Below, one piece after another: positions 12,001-22,245 of a stretch of DNA of 64,000 nucleotides (within the stretch, counting starts at the first letter, position 1; every line of letters starts with the position of its first letter). Both the position numbers and the translations under genes were made by a program. Under the pieces are notes generated by a model, which was not told the DNA's origin, did not search any database, and saw nothing but the letters and a program-made list of their open reading frames with translations. This DNA comes from Flectonema sp. DT1601 (lineage: Eukaryota), in contig OZ025786.1 in assembly GCA_964019425.1 (NCBI GenBank), forward strand, positions 1 through 64,000, in the 5' to 3' direction.

Positions 12001-14586
12001 TTTGCGGGTTTGCGGGTTTGCGGGTTTGCGGGTTTGCGGGTTTGCGGGTTTGCGGGTTTGCGGGTTTGCGGGTTTGCGGGTTTGCGGGTTTGCGGGTTTG
12101 CGGGTTTGCGGGTTTGCGGGTTTGCGGGTTTGCGGGTTTGCGGGTTTGCGGGTTTGCGGGTTTGCGGGTTTGCGGGTTTGCGGGTTTGCGGGTTTGCGGG
12201 TTTGCGGGTTTGCGGGTTTGCGGGTTTGCGGGTTTGCGGGTTTGCGGGTTTGCGGGTTTGCGGGTTTGCGGGTTTGCGGGTTTGCGGGTTTGCGGGTTTG
12301 CGGGTTTGCGGGTTTGCGGGTTTGCGGGTTTGCGGGTTTGCGGGTTTGCGGGTTTGCGGGTTTGCGGGTTTGCGGGTTTGCGGGTTTGCGGGTTTGCGGG
12401 TTTGCGGGTTTGCGGGTTTGCGGGTTTGCGGGTTTGCGGGTTTGCGGGTTTGCGGGTTTGCGGGTTTGCGGGTTTGCGGGTTTGCGGGTTTGCGGGTTTG
12501 CGGGTTTGCGGGTTTGCGGGTTTGCGGGTTTGCGGGTTTGCGGGTTTGCGGGTTTGCGGGTTTGCGGGTTTGCGGGTTTGCGGGTTTGCGGGTTTGCGGG
12601 TTTGCGGGTTTGCGGGTTTGCGGGTTTGCGGGTTTGCGGGTTTGCGGGTTTGCGGGTTTGCGGGTTTGCGGGTTTGCGGGTTTGCGGGTTTGCGGGTTTG
12701 CGGGTTTGCGGGTTTGCGGGTTTGCGGGTTTGCGGGTTTGCGGGTTTGCGGGTTTGCGGGTTTGCGGGTTTGCGGGTTTGCGGGTTTGCGGGTTTGCGGG
12801 TTTGCGGGTTTGCGGGTTTGCGGGTTTGCGGGTTTGCGGGTTTGCGGGTTTGCGGGTTTGCGGGTTTGCGGGTTTGCGGGTTTGCGGGTTTGCGGGTTTG
12901 CGGGTTTGCGGGTTTGCGGGTTTGCGGGTTTGCGGGTTTGCGGGTTTGCGGGTTTGCGGGTTTGCGGGTTTGCGGGTTTGCGGGTTTGCGGGTTTGCGGG
13001 TTTGCGGGTTTGCGGGTTTGCGGGTTTGCGGGTTTGCGGGTTTGCGGGTTTGCGGGTTTGCGGGTTTGCGGGTTTGCGGGTTTGCGGGTTTGCGGGTTTG
13101 CGGGTTTGCGGGTTTGCGGGTTTGCGGGTTTGCGGGTTTGCGGGTTTGCGGGTTTGCGGGTTTGCGGGTTTGCGGGTTTGCGGGTTTGCGGGTTTGCGGG
13201 TTTGCGGGTTTGCGGGTTTGCGGGTTTGCGGGTTTGCGGGTTTGCGGGTTTGCGGGTTTGCGGGTTTGCGGGTTTGCGGGTTTGCGGGTTTGCGGGTTTG
13301 CGGGTTTGCGGGTTTGCGGGTTTGCGGGTTTGCGGGTTTGCGGGTTTGCGGGTTTGCGGGTTTGCGGGTTTGCGGGTTTGCGGGTTTGCGGGTTTGCGGG
13401 TTTGCGGGTTTGCGGGTTTGCGGGTTTGCGGGTTTGCGGGTTTGCGGGTTTGCGGGTTTGCGGGTTTGCGGGTTTGCGGGTTTGCGGGTTTGCGGGTTTG
13501 CGGGTTTGCGGGTTTGCGGGTTTGCGGGTTTGCGGGTTTGCGGGTTTGCGGGTTTGCGGGTTTGCGGGTTTGCGGGTTTGCGGGTTTGCGGGTTTGCGGG
13601 TTTGCGGGTTTGCGGGTTTGCGGGTTTGCGGGTTTGCGGGTTTGCGGGTTTGCGGGTTTGCGGGTTTGCGGGTTTGCGGGTTTGCGGGTTTGCGGGTTTG
13701 CGGGTTTGCGGGTTTGCGGGTTTGCGGGTTTGCGGGTTTGCGGGTTTGCGGGTTTGCGGGTTTGCGGGTTTGCGGGTTTGCGGGTTTGCGGGTTTGCGGG
13801 TTTGCGGGTTTGCGGGTTTGCGGGTTTGCGGGTTTGCGGGTTTGCGGGTTTGCGGGTTTGCGGGTTTGCGGGTTTGCGGGTTTGCGGGTTTGCGGGTTTG
13901 CGGGTTTGCGGGTTTGCGGGTTTGCGGGTTTGCGGGTTTGCGGGTTTGCGGGTTTGCGGGTTTGCGGGTTTGCGGGTTTGCGGGTTTGCGGGTTTGCGGG
14001 TTTGCGGGTTTGCGGGTTTGCGGGTTTGCGGGTTTGCGGGTTTGCGGGTTTGCGGGTTTGCGGGTTTGCGGGTTTGCGGGTTTGCGGGTTTGCGGGTTTG
14101 CGGGTTTGCGGGTTTGCGGGTTTGCGGGTTTGCGGGTTTGCGGGTTTGCGGGTTTGCGGGTTTGCGGGTTTGCGGGTTTGCGGGTTTGCGGGTTTGCGGG
14201 TTTGCGGGTTTGCGGGTTTGCGGGTTTGCGGGTTTGCGGGTTTGCGGGTTTGCGGGTTTGCGGGTTTGCGGGTTTGCGGGTTTGCGGGTTTGCGGGTTTG
14301 CGGGTTTGCGGGTTTGCGGGTTTGCGGGTTTGCGGGTTTGCGGGTTTGCGGGTTTGCGGGTTTGCGGGTTTGCGGGTTTGCGGGTTTGCGGGTTTGCGGG
14401 TTTGCGGGTTTGCGGGTTTGCGGGTTTGCGGGTTTGCGGGTTTGCGGGTTTGCGGGTTTGCGGGTTTGCGGGTTTGCGGGTTTGCGGGTTTGCGGGTTTG
14501 CGGGTTTGCGGGTTTGCGGGTTTGCGGGTTTGCGGGTTTGCGGGTTTGCGGGTTTGCGGGTTTGCGGGTTTGCGGGTTTGCGGGTT
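1..14586 (+). repeat. Tandem array (GGGTTTGC)n, ~1820 units; telomere-like satellite
   Basis: Read directly. One variant unit (1-bp G deletion at ~1828/1829). Ends at ...CGGGTT|CACG and runs off the left edge of the window. Confidence 0.99.
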
Positions 14587-15068
14587 CACGAAGAGAACAG
14601 CTGTGCCCCCACTGACTTGTAGGTTCTGGCTGCCTGCCCAATTTATTAGTCTCTTCCAGAGCTGCTTCCAGCTGGAAGTGGTCTCCTTTGCCCACATCTT
14701 CTCCATTGTCTCTCCAAGTCTTTCTGTTGCCTGGAGCACTCCCACAGAGTCTTCCTTCTGATTTCTGCTCAGGGCAGAGGGCCCAACTATGTCTAGAAGG
14801 ACATTTTGGATTTGAAGGACTCCCTTCTGGGTTCTTCCTCCACTTTTTCTACTAAGTCTGTTTTTGAGATTTTTGAGATTCTTTGAATTTTCCCTGACTG
14901 GACTTAGAGATGAGATACTTTTTGAAATTGCCATCCCAGGCTTTCCCGGGGTATACCGCACATTAGACCAATTACTTTGAGATTTCTCTGAATTTTCAGT
15001 GTTCTTTCTATTTCTACCTGCTTCCTTACCTTCAATATTTGTAGCAAGTTTCCCGAGGCTCTTGCTCT
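14587..15068 (-). pseudogene. Truncated N-terminal part of a tyrosine-recombinase-like ORF of a DIRS/TATE-like retroelement
   Basis: Hand translation ...NVLLDIV...KEDSVGVLQATERLGETMEKMWAKETTSSWKQLWKRLINWAGSQNLQVSGGTAVLFV aligns with the 23561 ORF (KILLDMM...AEDPVIYMEATEKLQETLEKMWASKTTASRRNLWRRFRAW...SAVLFV). The homology is visible; the YR identity is inferred. Confidence 0.7.
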
Positions 15069-15348
15069 CCTCACTGGCAGTGTAGGAGCAGATGTTCTCG
15101 GTGTTCATCGACGCTTCGAAGAAAGGATGGGGAGGAGTCATTGTCAACGACACGACGGCTGAAGTTGTGGTGATGGGAGACTCCTGGGACACACAAGAAA
15201 GCGAGCTGCATATCAACATCTTGGAGGGACTTGGTTTCCACAACACTGTGAAACAGATGTCGGAGCTGGACGGTTGTACTGTGGCAGTATGGATTGACAA
15301 CACTTCTGTGGTGGGTGTTTCGAGGAAGGGAATGTCGATCCGCTCTCA
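15069..15348 (+). pseudogene. DIRS-type RNase H fragment (YR retrotransposon pol)
   Basis: FIDASKKGWGG...HINILE...VWIDNTSVV matches DIRS/Ngaro/TATE RNase H motifs (TDAS-GWG, HINxLE, DNT). Confidence 0.85.
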
Positions 15349-15374
15349 AAATTCCATTTAGGTAATTTGCCACC
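15349..15374 (+). repeat. AATTCCATTTAGGTAATTTGC motif, putative YR-element terminal sequence
   Basis: Reverse complement recurs at ~29585-29610 and ~43370-43397. Confidence 0.65.
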
Positions 15375-15397
15375 GAAACTGAGCACCAAACAAAAAC

Positions 15398-15470
15398 CGC
15401 CGTCAGCGGGTTTTGAACCCTCGACCACCATTCTTTCAGACCGGCGTTCTATCAATTGAGCTATGTAGCC
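15398..15470 (-). pseudogene. Degenerate tRNA-like element (Phe-GAA-like)
   Basis: GGCTACA TA GCTC AATTGATA GAAC G CCGGT CTGAAAG AATGG TGGTC GAGGG TTCAAAA CCCGC TGACGGC, then TTTTT. A/B boxes present; 3 acceptor-stem mismatches. Confidence 0.75.
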
Positions 15471-15490
15471 ACATAATCGCCGTTCCTTTT
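15443..15490 (+). repeat. Left copy of 48-bp target-site duplication of LINE-A
   Basis: 47/48 identical to 22077-22124 and abuts the element's poly(T). Confidence 0.9.
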
Positions 15491-15696
15491 CTTTTTTTTT
15501 TTTTTCTTTTTTTTTTGGGAACCTTCCTAGCCGTACTTTCAGCCCCTGCTAAGTGAGTCGCCTTTCTCTACCCTTTCTGTTGGTAGGTGAGTGAAGGTGT
15601 GTACTTGGAAGGCGAGCAAGCTCTCAAAGTCCGGGGCCCGACCGTTTGCCTTAGTGTCATTAGACTGGACTTTTTGCAAGGATCCTACCCTGAAAG

Positions 15697-15768
15697 TTGT
15701 CTATGGCCGGACTCGAACCTGGGTCGACACATTACCCAGGGAGCGTCCTACCATTAGACTACTTTCAC
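15697..15768 (-). pseudogene. Degenerate tRNA-like element within the LINE-A 3' segment
   Basis: A box TAGTCTAATGG and B box GGTTCGAGTCC at tRNA spacing; stems poorly paired. Confidence 0.6.
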
Positions 15769-15877
15769 CCCAATAAAATTTCTGACCTGGGGTCAGAGGT
15801 TGGGGCCCAACCCTTGGATTGCTCTCCTGCAGCTCACTGGTGTTTTCGCCTCCACCTTGGCATGCTGCTCCAAATTT

Positions 15878-15948
15878 CACCAGAGCAGGGATCGAACCCA
15901 GGCCTGCAGACCTTGAATCCAAACGCACTACCCCTCGACTAGAGCGCC
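15878..15948 (-). pseudogene. Degenerate tRNA-like element within the LINE-A 3' segment
   Basis: TAGTCGAGGGGT A-box-like and GGTTCGATCCC B box; acceptor stem degenerate. Confidence 0.6.
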
Positions 15949-16443
15949 CCCAAGTTCCTTTTTTTTTTTTTGGTTACACTCGTCTGTGCTTCCAGACTCT
16001 TTGTTTTTGTTCTTTTCACTTCTTTGTTTTGTCTTTCTTTTATACTTTCTTTTGATTTAAGTCTGACAAATTGGAAAACACGGGAAACATAGGTAGGCTC
16101 CGCCTGAGGACGTAAGAAGAGCGGCAACGGGAAAAAACAAATGGTCACGCGCCCTTGAAATTGGACACACGAAGCTAATTCGGTTACCATTCCTACCATC
16201 GATAAGGAAAAACAAAGAATCGAGCATATAACTAGAGCGGTGGTCAAAGACCACTTGAACAGCCCGAAGGCCTGCCCTCAAGAGAAATTTATAAGGAGAA
16301 TAGGAGAAAAAGGAGACAGGAGTGTTGGAAGAGACACTGCGACAACACCGAAGGTGATGTGCAGTTACCCAACCAGGAGATGATTGATAATGATGAAAAT
16401 ACTAAAATAACAAATTGATATTGGCGACTACATGTCACCTACT

Positions 16444-18918
16444 TTACTTCCAAAGTCTAAGGTTAGATGTTTGTTCCATCCACCCTATGATCAACACGAG
16501 TGATGGAAGCCACGCCAAAGTGAAGAGAGCTTCAAGGTTAGGAATTTCGTTGGCAATAATAAGTTCTCGATCGCGATCCCACTTGCCGGTCAGTGTTGAG
16601 AAGCCCAGGATTTTGAACCTGGCCGAGTCGAGTTTGGGAGATTGACATCCCTGTAGCAGGTGAACCTGTGAGGACGGTTCGCCACAAAATGGGCAGTCGA
16701 TCGTCTTGCGCCAGTTCTGAATTAGCGGGTGACATCCTGTCCGGAAGTTCGCTATCCGTATCTCGTCGGCTCTTTCCATCCCAGGAGGGTATTTAACTGA
16801 ACGGCCTCTGATGAGGTGTTTGTAGCAGGTGTAACCACTCACGTTAAGCAGATCCTTCTTGATGCAGCGCTTAACATGTGATGATCGCGAGAAGTAAGTG
16901 CCTTTGACTAGCACAGGTCGGATGTTCTTATTGTGCGCTGCTTCCTTTGCAAGCGCGTCAACTTCATCGTGAAACTCGATTCCAATGTGTGAGGGGATGA
17001 ATTGCAAATGCACTTTCATCTCACACATGCGCAGGTATTCCAGTATCTTGAGGGACTCGGAATTCTTCTGTCTGCATCTTCCACCCAGCAGTTCATCCAG
17101 AAGGGATTTTGAGTCCGTGAATATCCTCACGGATCTCATTGAGGGATCTTTGCTAAACACTGTTCTCAGATGTCTAGCCGCGTTCTTCAGAGCATGTTGT
17201 TCAGCCCTGTAGCTGCAGTCAGCTTGATAAAGCCTAGACGCGTAAGCAGATCGAAGGCCGCTACGTGACTTGGCAATATGAGCCGCACCGGCCGCGCCGG
17301 AAGCAGGGTAGGAGCCATCGCAGTTGATTACCATGTCGACAGGAGGTAACGTTCCAATGTACGACATGAATTTTTCTTTGTCCACCGCAGGGTTCGCGGA
17401 CTTCGGAAATCCGCAGCCGTTGCTAATCCTAAGGTTTGTCGGAGATACCCAGGGTTCCATCAAGTCAGGCTGTACAAGGCACTGGCTTTCACGCTGGCTG
17501 TCAATGCCAGGAAGGAGGCCAGCCCAGTAGCTTTGGGTTGAGGCGAGTCTGTTGGTACTAGGTATCCAAGTCATGGCTTTATACCTGTAGTACGCTATCT
17601 TGGTTTGCTTTTCAATCTGACGTTTAAAAGGAAGCATGTCCGCTTCCCACAGTAGAAGTTCTCTCGGTGTGCACCTGCTGCATCCAGTAACCAGCCTGGC
17701 AACCTTCCTCAGTTCGAAATCAATACTATCAACGCTGTTGCTTATCAACCAACCAAAGCTATCGAGTGCATAAGAGATTCTCGCAGTTATGTAAAGGTTC
17801 TTGACCATATTTAGCGTTTTGTAGTCAAGATCATACGGTTGAAGGCATTGAAGCAGAGATATTCCCTTTTTCAGTTCTTCATGAATCTTAGCCACCTGTT
17901 TGTGGAAAGTGAGTCTGTCGTCGATGTGAACTCCAAGGTATTTCACTGAGTCCACGATTGGCAACAGAAATGCGGTTTTAAACCTGGCTTTCACCACCAT
18001 CACGTTGTCTTCGAGAACAATATTCCGCAACATCACGTTGTCAAGTTCATCTTGCGTTTTGATCGGAGTTCCATCAACCTCGAGAATAGTTTCGCCGCTT
18101 TGAAGCATGGGTCTAGAAGAGTTTAAGTTGATACTCTTTTCAATGTCACTATAGTCCATTTTGATAACGTTTTCCACAACAGATCTGGAAAGTAGTAATT
18201 CGCGATTGCAGGTGTCGTTGAGAATCGTATCCCTCGTACGGACTATCATCTTAAGAGCACAGGTCTTTGAGACCGACAGGGCCATGTCGTTGTCAGAACA
18301 CCATTGATCCACTTTATCAAGTATTATTTGAGCATTTGAAAGAGCTTCTTCCATGTTATGTCCAGATACTACACATGCTGTATCATCCGCATACAGAGCA
18401 GACGTCGTTGTTTCTTTCTCCAGTTCCAAAATCTTGCAGAGGTCATCAACGTAGATAAGATAGAGAAGAGGACCCAGGATCGATCCCTGTGGAACCCCCT
18501 TAGCCAGAGTACGGAATTCGCTAAAATAACCATTCGCTTCAACTCTAACCTTCCTGTTTGTAAGAAAGTCTGTGATCCATCTGATAATAACATTCGGAAC
18601 ACCCATCTTTACCAATTTTAATAAAAGTATCTTATGGTTGATCCTGTCAAACGCAGCAGTAAAATCAAACGATAAGAACACCGATCTCTTTCTCTTCATG
18701 TGCATCCTTACGACGGCATCTACCAAAACGGTGATCTGTTCGCAGGTATTTCTCCCCCTTCTGAATCCAGCCTGTAGTGGGCTGAGTGACGAATGTTTAG
18801 TGAGCCAGTGCATGAGTCGGTCATACACGAGCCTCTCCGCAAGTTTCCCAACAACCGATGTGAGCGTAATGGGTCTGAAACTCTTCAGCTCATTTCGAGG
18901 TTTTCCAGCCTTGAACAT
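16444..18918 (-). pseudogene. LINE-A ORF2 C-terminal part: RT, RNase H, CCHC knuckle
   Basis: FRPITLTS, QAGFR, DFTAAFD, GVPQGSILGP, LYADD, KYLGV; RNase H DGS/RAE/TDS/PSHIG; CPFC-H-C. Frameshifted from the upstream piece near 18940. Confidence 0.93.
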
Positions 18919-20349
18919 AGGCTTGATTAAACCTATGATAACCTTGTTTCCACTGGTACGGTACTTTTGAAGTCTTCCAGGAAGTGTTAATAATTCTCAA
19001 GAGGTATTCCACTGTTGCCGGAGTGAAGTTTCTGATCATCTCATTGTGAACTCCATCAGGTCCTGCAGCCTTGCGGGTCTTCAGGTTCTTAATCGCTGCT
19101 TCAATTTCAGCCATTGTGAAATCACAGCAAATATCCATTTCATTATCACCTTCTGAGAGTGCGGGGGCCTCTAGCGATAATATTTCCGATTTCGAGACAA
19201 ACAGGTCCAAGAATGCTGATGGGAGATCGCAGTCGGAGATGTTGTCAACACTGATATCTTTACCAGCATCTTGTTGCAGTTCTTTGGTCTTCTTAAACGC
19301 AAAGGCAAAGTTGTTACCCTTGTCAAGTTGATCACGTAGGTGGACACCCTTCGATTTGGTAGAATCAGGTGTTGACGTCTTCCACTTTCGTCCCCGTTTC
19401 CCTTTGAAAAGGAGACGTCGACGAATGAATTTAGCCGCCACTTCATGCAGTATGTTGTTAAAGAGCTTGGCATTCGCAGTTGCATCGTTGGAGAGTTTCG
19501 ATTTTCTAATTCTCTTATCGAGCATATTTCCAAAGCAGTTCCAGTCCGTAGACTTGAAGTCCCACACTACGCGTTTCTTAGAACCTATCGTGGCCCGTGT
19601 AAGTTGACACATGGGACCCAGTACGGTGTAGAGAGGTCGGTGATCAGATCCATGTTTATTATCTTCTCTAATTACAGAGAATTCTTCCAGAATCATCGAG
19701 TTTTGAAAAAATACTACGTCCGGCGAGGTACCGCCCCCCGGGATATTAGGAAAAGGCCTTGTGATTGACCCCATTTTGTTGGCTACCAGTAGATCATTGT
19801 GTGCTGCCCATTCATGTAGAGTAGAACCTGCTGGCGTCGATTTTGATGACCACACCGGATGATGGGCATTAAAGTCACCCGCGACGATTGCTTTCGTTGA
19901 GACAGGAAGATTTGACTTTCTGATCTTGCATCCCGGGGGAGCATAAATATTTAAAATGTCAATCTTTCCACCTATGTTGACCTTTACAACTTCAACATCA
20001 TTTAAGTGAGGCGGAAGTACAATATCAGAACGCTGCTGAGTGTGGCATTTTTTCACCATAGAAATAACCCCTCCACCTCGTGTTGCCCTATCATTCCGAT
20101 AGGTGAAATTACATCATTCGTCCAAGTCTCCTGTAGGCACAGTACGTCAGGCGCATAGGCATTTAGCAGCTTGTGAATATAGGCGCCTTTGTTCCCCATC
20201 GATCGACAGTTCCAGCTCAGTAGAGATATGAGAGAGTTGTCAGGGCCAAGGTTGCGTTCGACGTCGCCTGCCTTTAGCAGCAGTTCACGAGCCGTATCCT
20301 TTTCCACAAGTGAGTTGGTCGGACTGAGTTCATCCTCATCGTCATCTAG
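18890..20349 (-). pseudogene. LINE-A ORF2 N-terminal part: 2A-like peptide and APE endonuclease, with a frameshift/deletion near 20060-20100
   Basis: LLLKAGDVERNLGP, SWNCRS, LQETW, NIYAPP, GDFNAHH, SPDV, SDHRP, KAAGPDGV. Confidence 0.9.
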
Positions 20350-22039
20350 TCAGTTGAGATCAAAGTCCGAATCGTTACTTTCCATTTCTACGTCACGGTT
20401 CTTATCACTATCCTGCTTAGCAGCAGATTCGGTGGGCGGTGTTGTTGTTTGTGCTGTTGCTGGTGCTGGCGTTGGTGTTGGTGCTGATGGTGCTGGCGCT
20501 GGTGTTGGTGCTGATGTCGGCTGCTGAGTTGGCTGTTGTGGTTGAGGAGTTGTTTTTTGTCTCTTCAGGGTTCCCGTTAGTTTTTGAGCCGCGTCGCCTG
20601 GGTTGTAGGTTGGGCCTAGCGGTTTTCTGTCAGTTCGTTTAACTTCTTTGTTTATCACAAGGTATTCATTAGTACCTATGCTTACGAAGTTGGGCGGTTG
20701 AGATTTCGCAATTGCAACAATTGTAGTACTCCCTCCTTTATGGAAAGAAGCAACAACTGTGTGTTCCCAGTTGTGTGAAGACTTCAAGAAGTCGCTGATC
20801 TGCGCTGTCGAGTACTTACGAATCGCCATCGAATTTATAACAAACCTGTCGCCCGAGGGCAGTGCAGGCTTGATTGCCGCGTTGAGCTTAATGCTGACCC
20901 TGATATTACAGTCAGGGTGGACTCGGAGTCCAAAACAGCTTTTAAACCTGCACATGTAGAATTTTCCTTTGAATTCATCAAGTGCAGAAGTCTTGGACTT
21001 CGCTGCCAGGAAGCCAAGGTCGTTTTTGAATTGCAACGTTGGCCAAACGTCACTTCTGTTTGACTAATTTGGGTTTTTGAAAAAGACATTCTTGGGTTTG
21101 TCAGTTTCGGGTTCGCTGTTGTTGTATTCCAGAACCTCGTGTACTTGGTTTCTGGGGACTCTGAAAGCCATCGAGGTGTGGGACTTGTTTTTTTTGTAGC
21201 TAAAGGGGTCCGCCTTTAGCTAGAATATCGGTCGTTTTGACGGTCAATTCTTTCTCAGCTGATTTTCCCCAGTCTTGGATGAATAGAACTGGGTTGGGAG
21301 TTGGAATCTGGTGGCTAGTTGCTGCTTTAGAAAAGTCGTCACCAAATACGTGCGTGTAAAATACGCGCCTGATCTCGCAGACGCCACCCTCTTTTATCAC
21401 CGGTAATGCTACTGGAACGGTGCTCTTTGTGAGCGGGATTTTGCTGATAGCAGCCCAACGGCCGCTCTTCTTTGTTTGGCGGAGTGCTTCTAAGTCTAGC
21501 TTCGAACAAACTAAAACAAGACCAGAGGTAAGGTTGTTTGTAGCATTAGCTGCTACGTCGTAACTGATGGTGGCCACAGTGCCTGCCCACGCACCGTGAA
21601 TGTGCCACTCCGGGTAGCTTGCTTTTGCTTTTCCCTTCGTGGCTTGATTGTCCTTCATTGCTGTCGGTATCGGCAATGAGAACGGCTTCGTACTCGTCTG
21701 TTGATTAGAAGCTGTAGATGCTCCTGTAGTTGGTTGGTTGACACCTGTGGTTGAGGGTGTCGTCGCTTCTGCTGCCGTCGTCGCGGTCGCTTCCGTCCCA
21801 CCACTCCCATCGAGTGTGTCCGGTGTCCTCCTCTTCATCTCCGGGTTCCCACCTTCTGACCCAGCTACGAATTGGACGATCTCCATTAGGAGATTTGCCA
21901 CCCTTCTTTCCTTCTCTTGCTCCGGGATCCCGCCTTCCCCCACTATCTTCAGGAGGTTTATTGCCTCCGATACCAACCTCCTCAGGTTGTCTCTCATAAT
22001 TGCTTTTTCCTGTGAAACGTACCCACTGATTCTTACCAA
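20350..22039 (-). pseudogene. LINE-A ORF1, split by a frameshift near 21200
   Basis: ORFs 21200-22039 and 20350-21036 share blocks with the intact LINE-B ORF1 (LPVIKEGGVCEIRRVFYTHVFG vs VPLLLDGKTVVRKAYATTISG). Confidence 0.75.
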
Positions 22040-22055
22040 TATTAGGTTGCGAAAT

Positions 22056-22071
22056 CAGTAAAGTACAGAAA
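22056..22071 (-). other. SL exon 3' remnant (TTTCTGTACTTTACTG) at the LINE-A 5' end
   Basis: 15/16 match to the 3' end of the SL at 40220-40257, preceded by a short CTGTAC duplication. Confidence 0.8.
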
Positions 22072-22076
22072 GTACA

Positions 22077-22124
22077 GGCGTTCTATCAATTGAGCTATGT
22101 AGCCACATGATCGCCGTTCCTTTT
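22077..22124 (+). repeat. Right copy of the LINE-A 48-bp TSD
   Basis: Matches 15443-15490 with one A/G mismatch. Confidence 0.9.
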
Positions 22125-22245
22125 TACCTATATAGGTCAACGTCTCTATTAGTTTTCTGACGATATCAAATATTTCTATCCCTTTATCAGTTCTCACACC
22201 CCTGTCTTCATCACAAGAAAACTTATATTTAAATTAAGTTAAATA

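Larger units (their letters stand above)
15491..22076 (-). mobile_element. LINE-A: full-length, frameshifted Ingi/I-group non-LTR retrotransposon (ORF1, 2A-like, APE, RT, RNase H, CCHC)
   Basis: Poly(A) tail (T-run 15491-15516), SL remnant at the 5' end (22056-22071), 48-bp TSD, domain motifs in the ORFs below. Confidence 0.93.

Noticed and set aside
1..14586. Canonical left telomere
   Set aside because: The G-rich strand points inward; a left end should be C-rich on +. Left as an unresolved satellite.
3..14761. Three ~4900-aa ORFs (LRVCGFAG)n
   Set aside because: Artefact of a stop-free 8-bp repeat; all frames give the same peptide and there is no synonymous variation.
15398..15948. Functional tRNA genes
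   Set aside because: Acceptor and anticodon stems have multiple mismatches.
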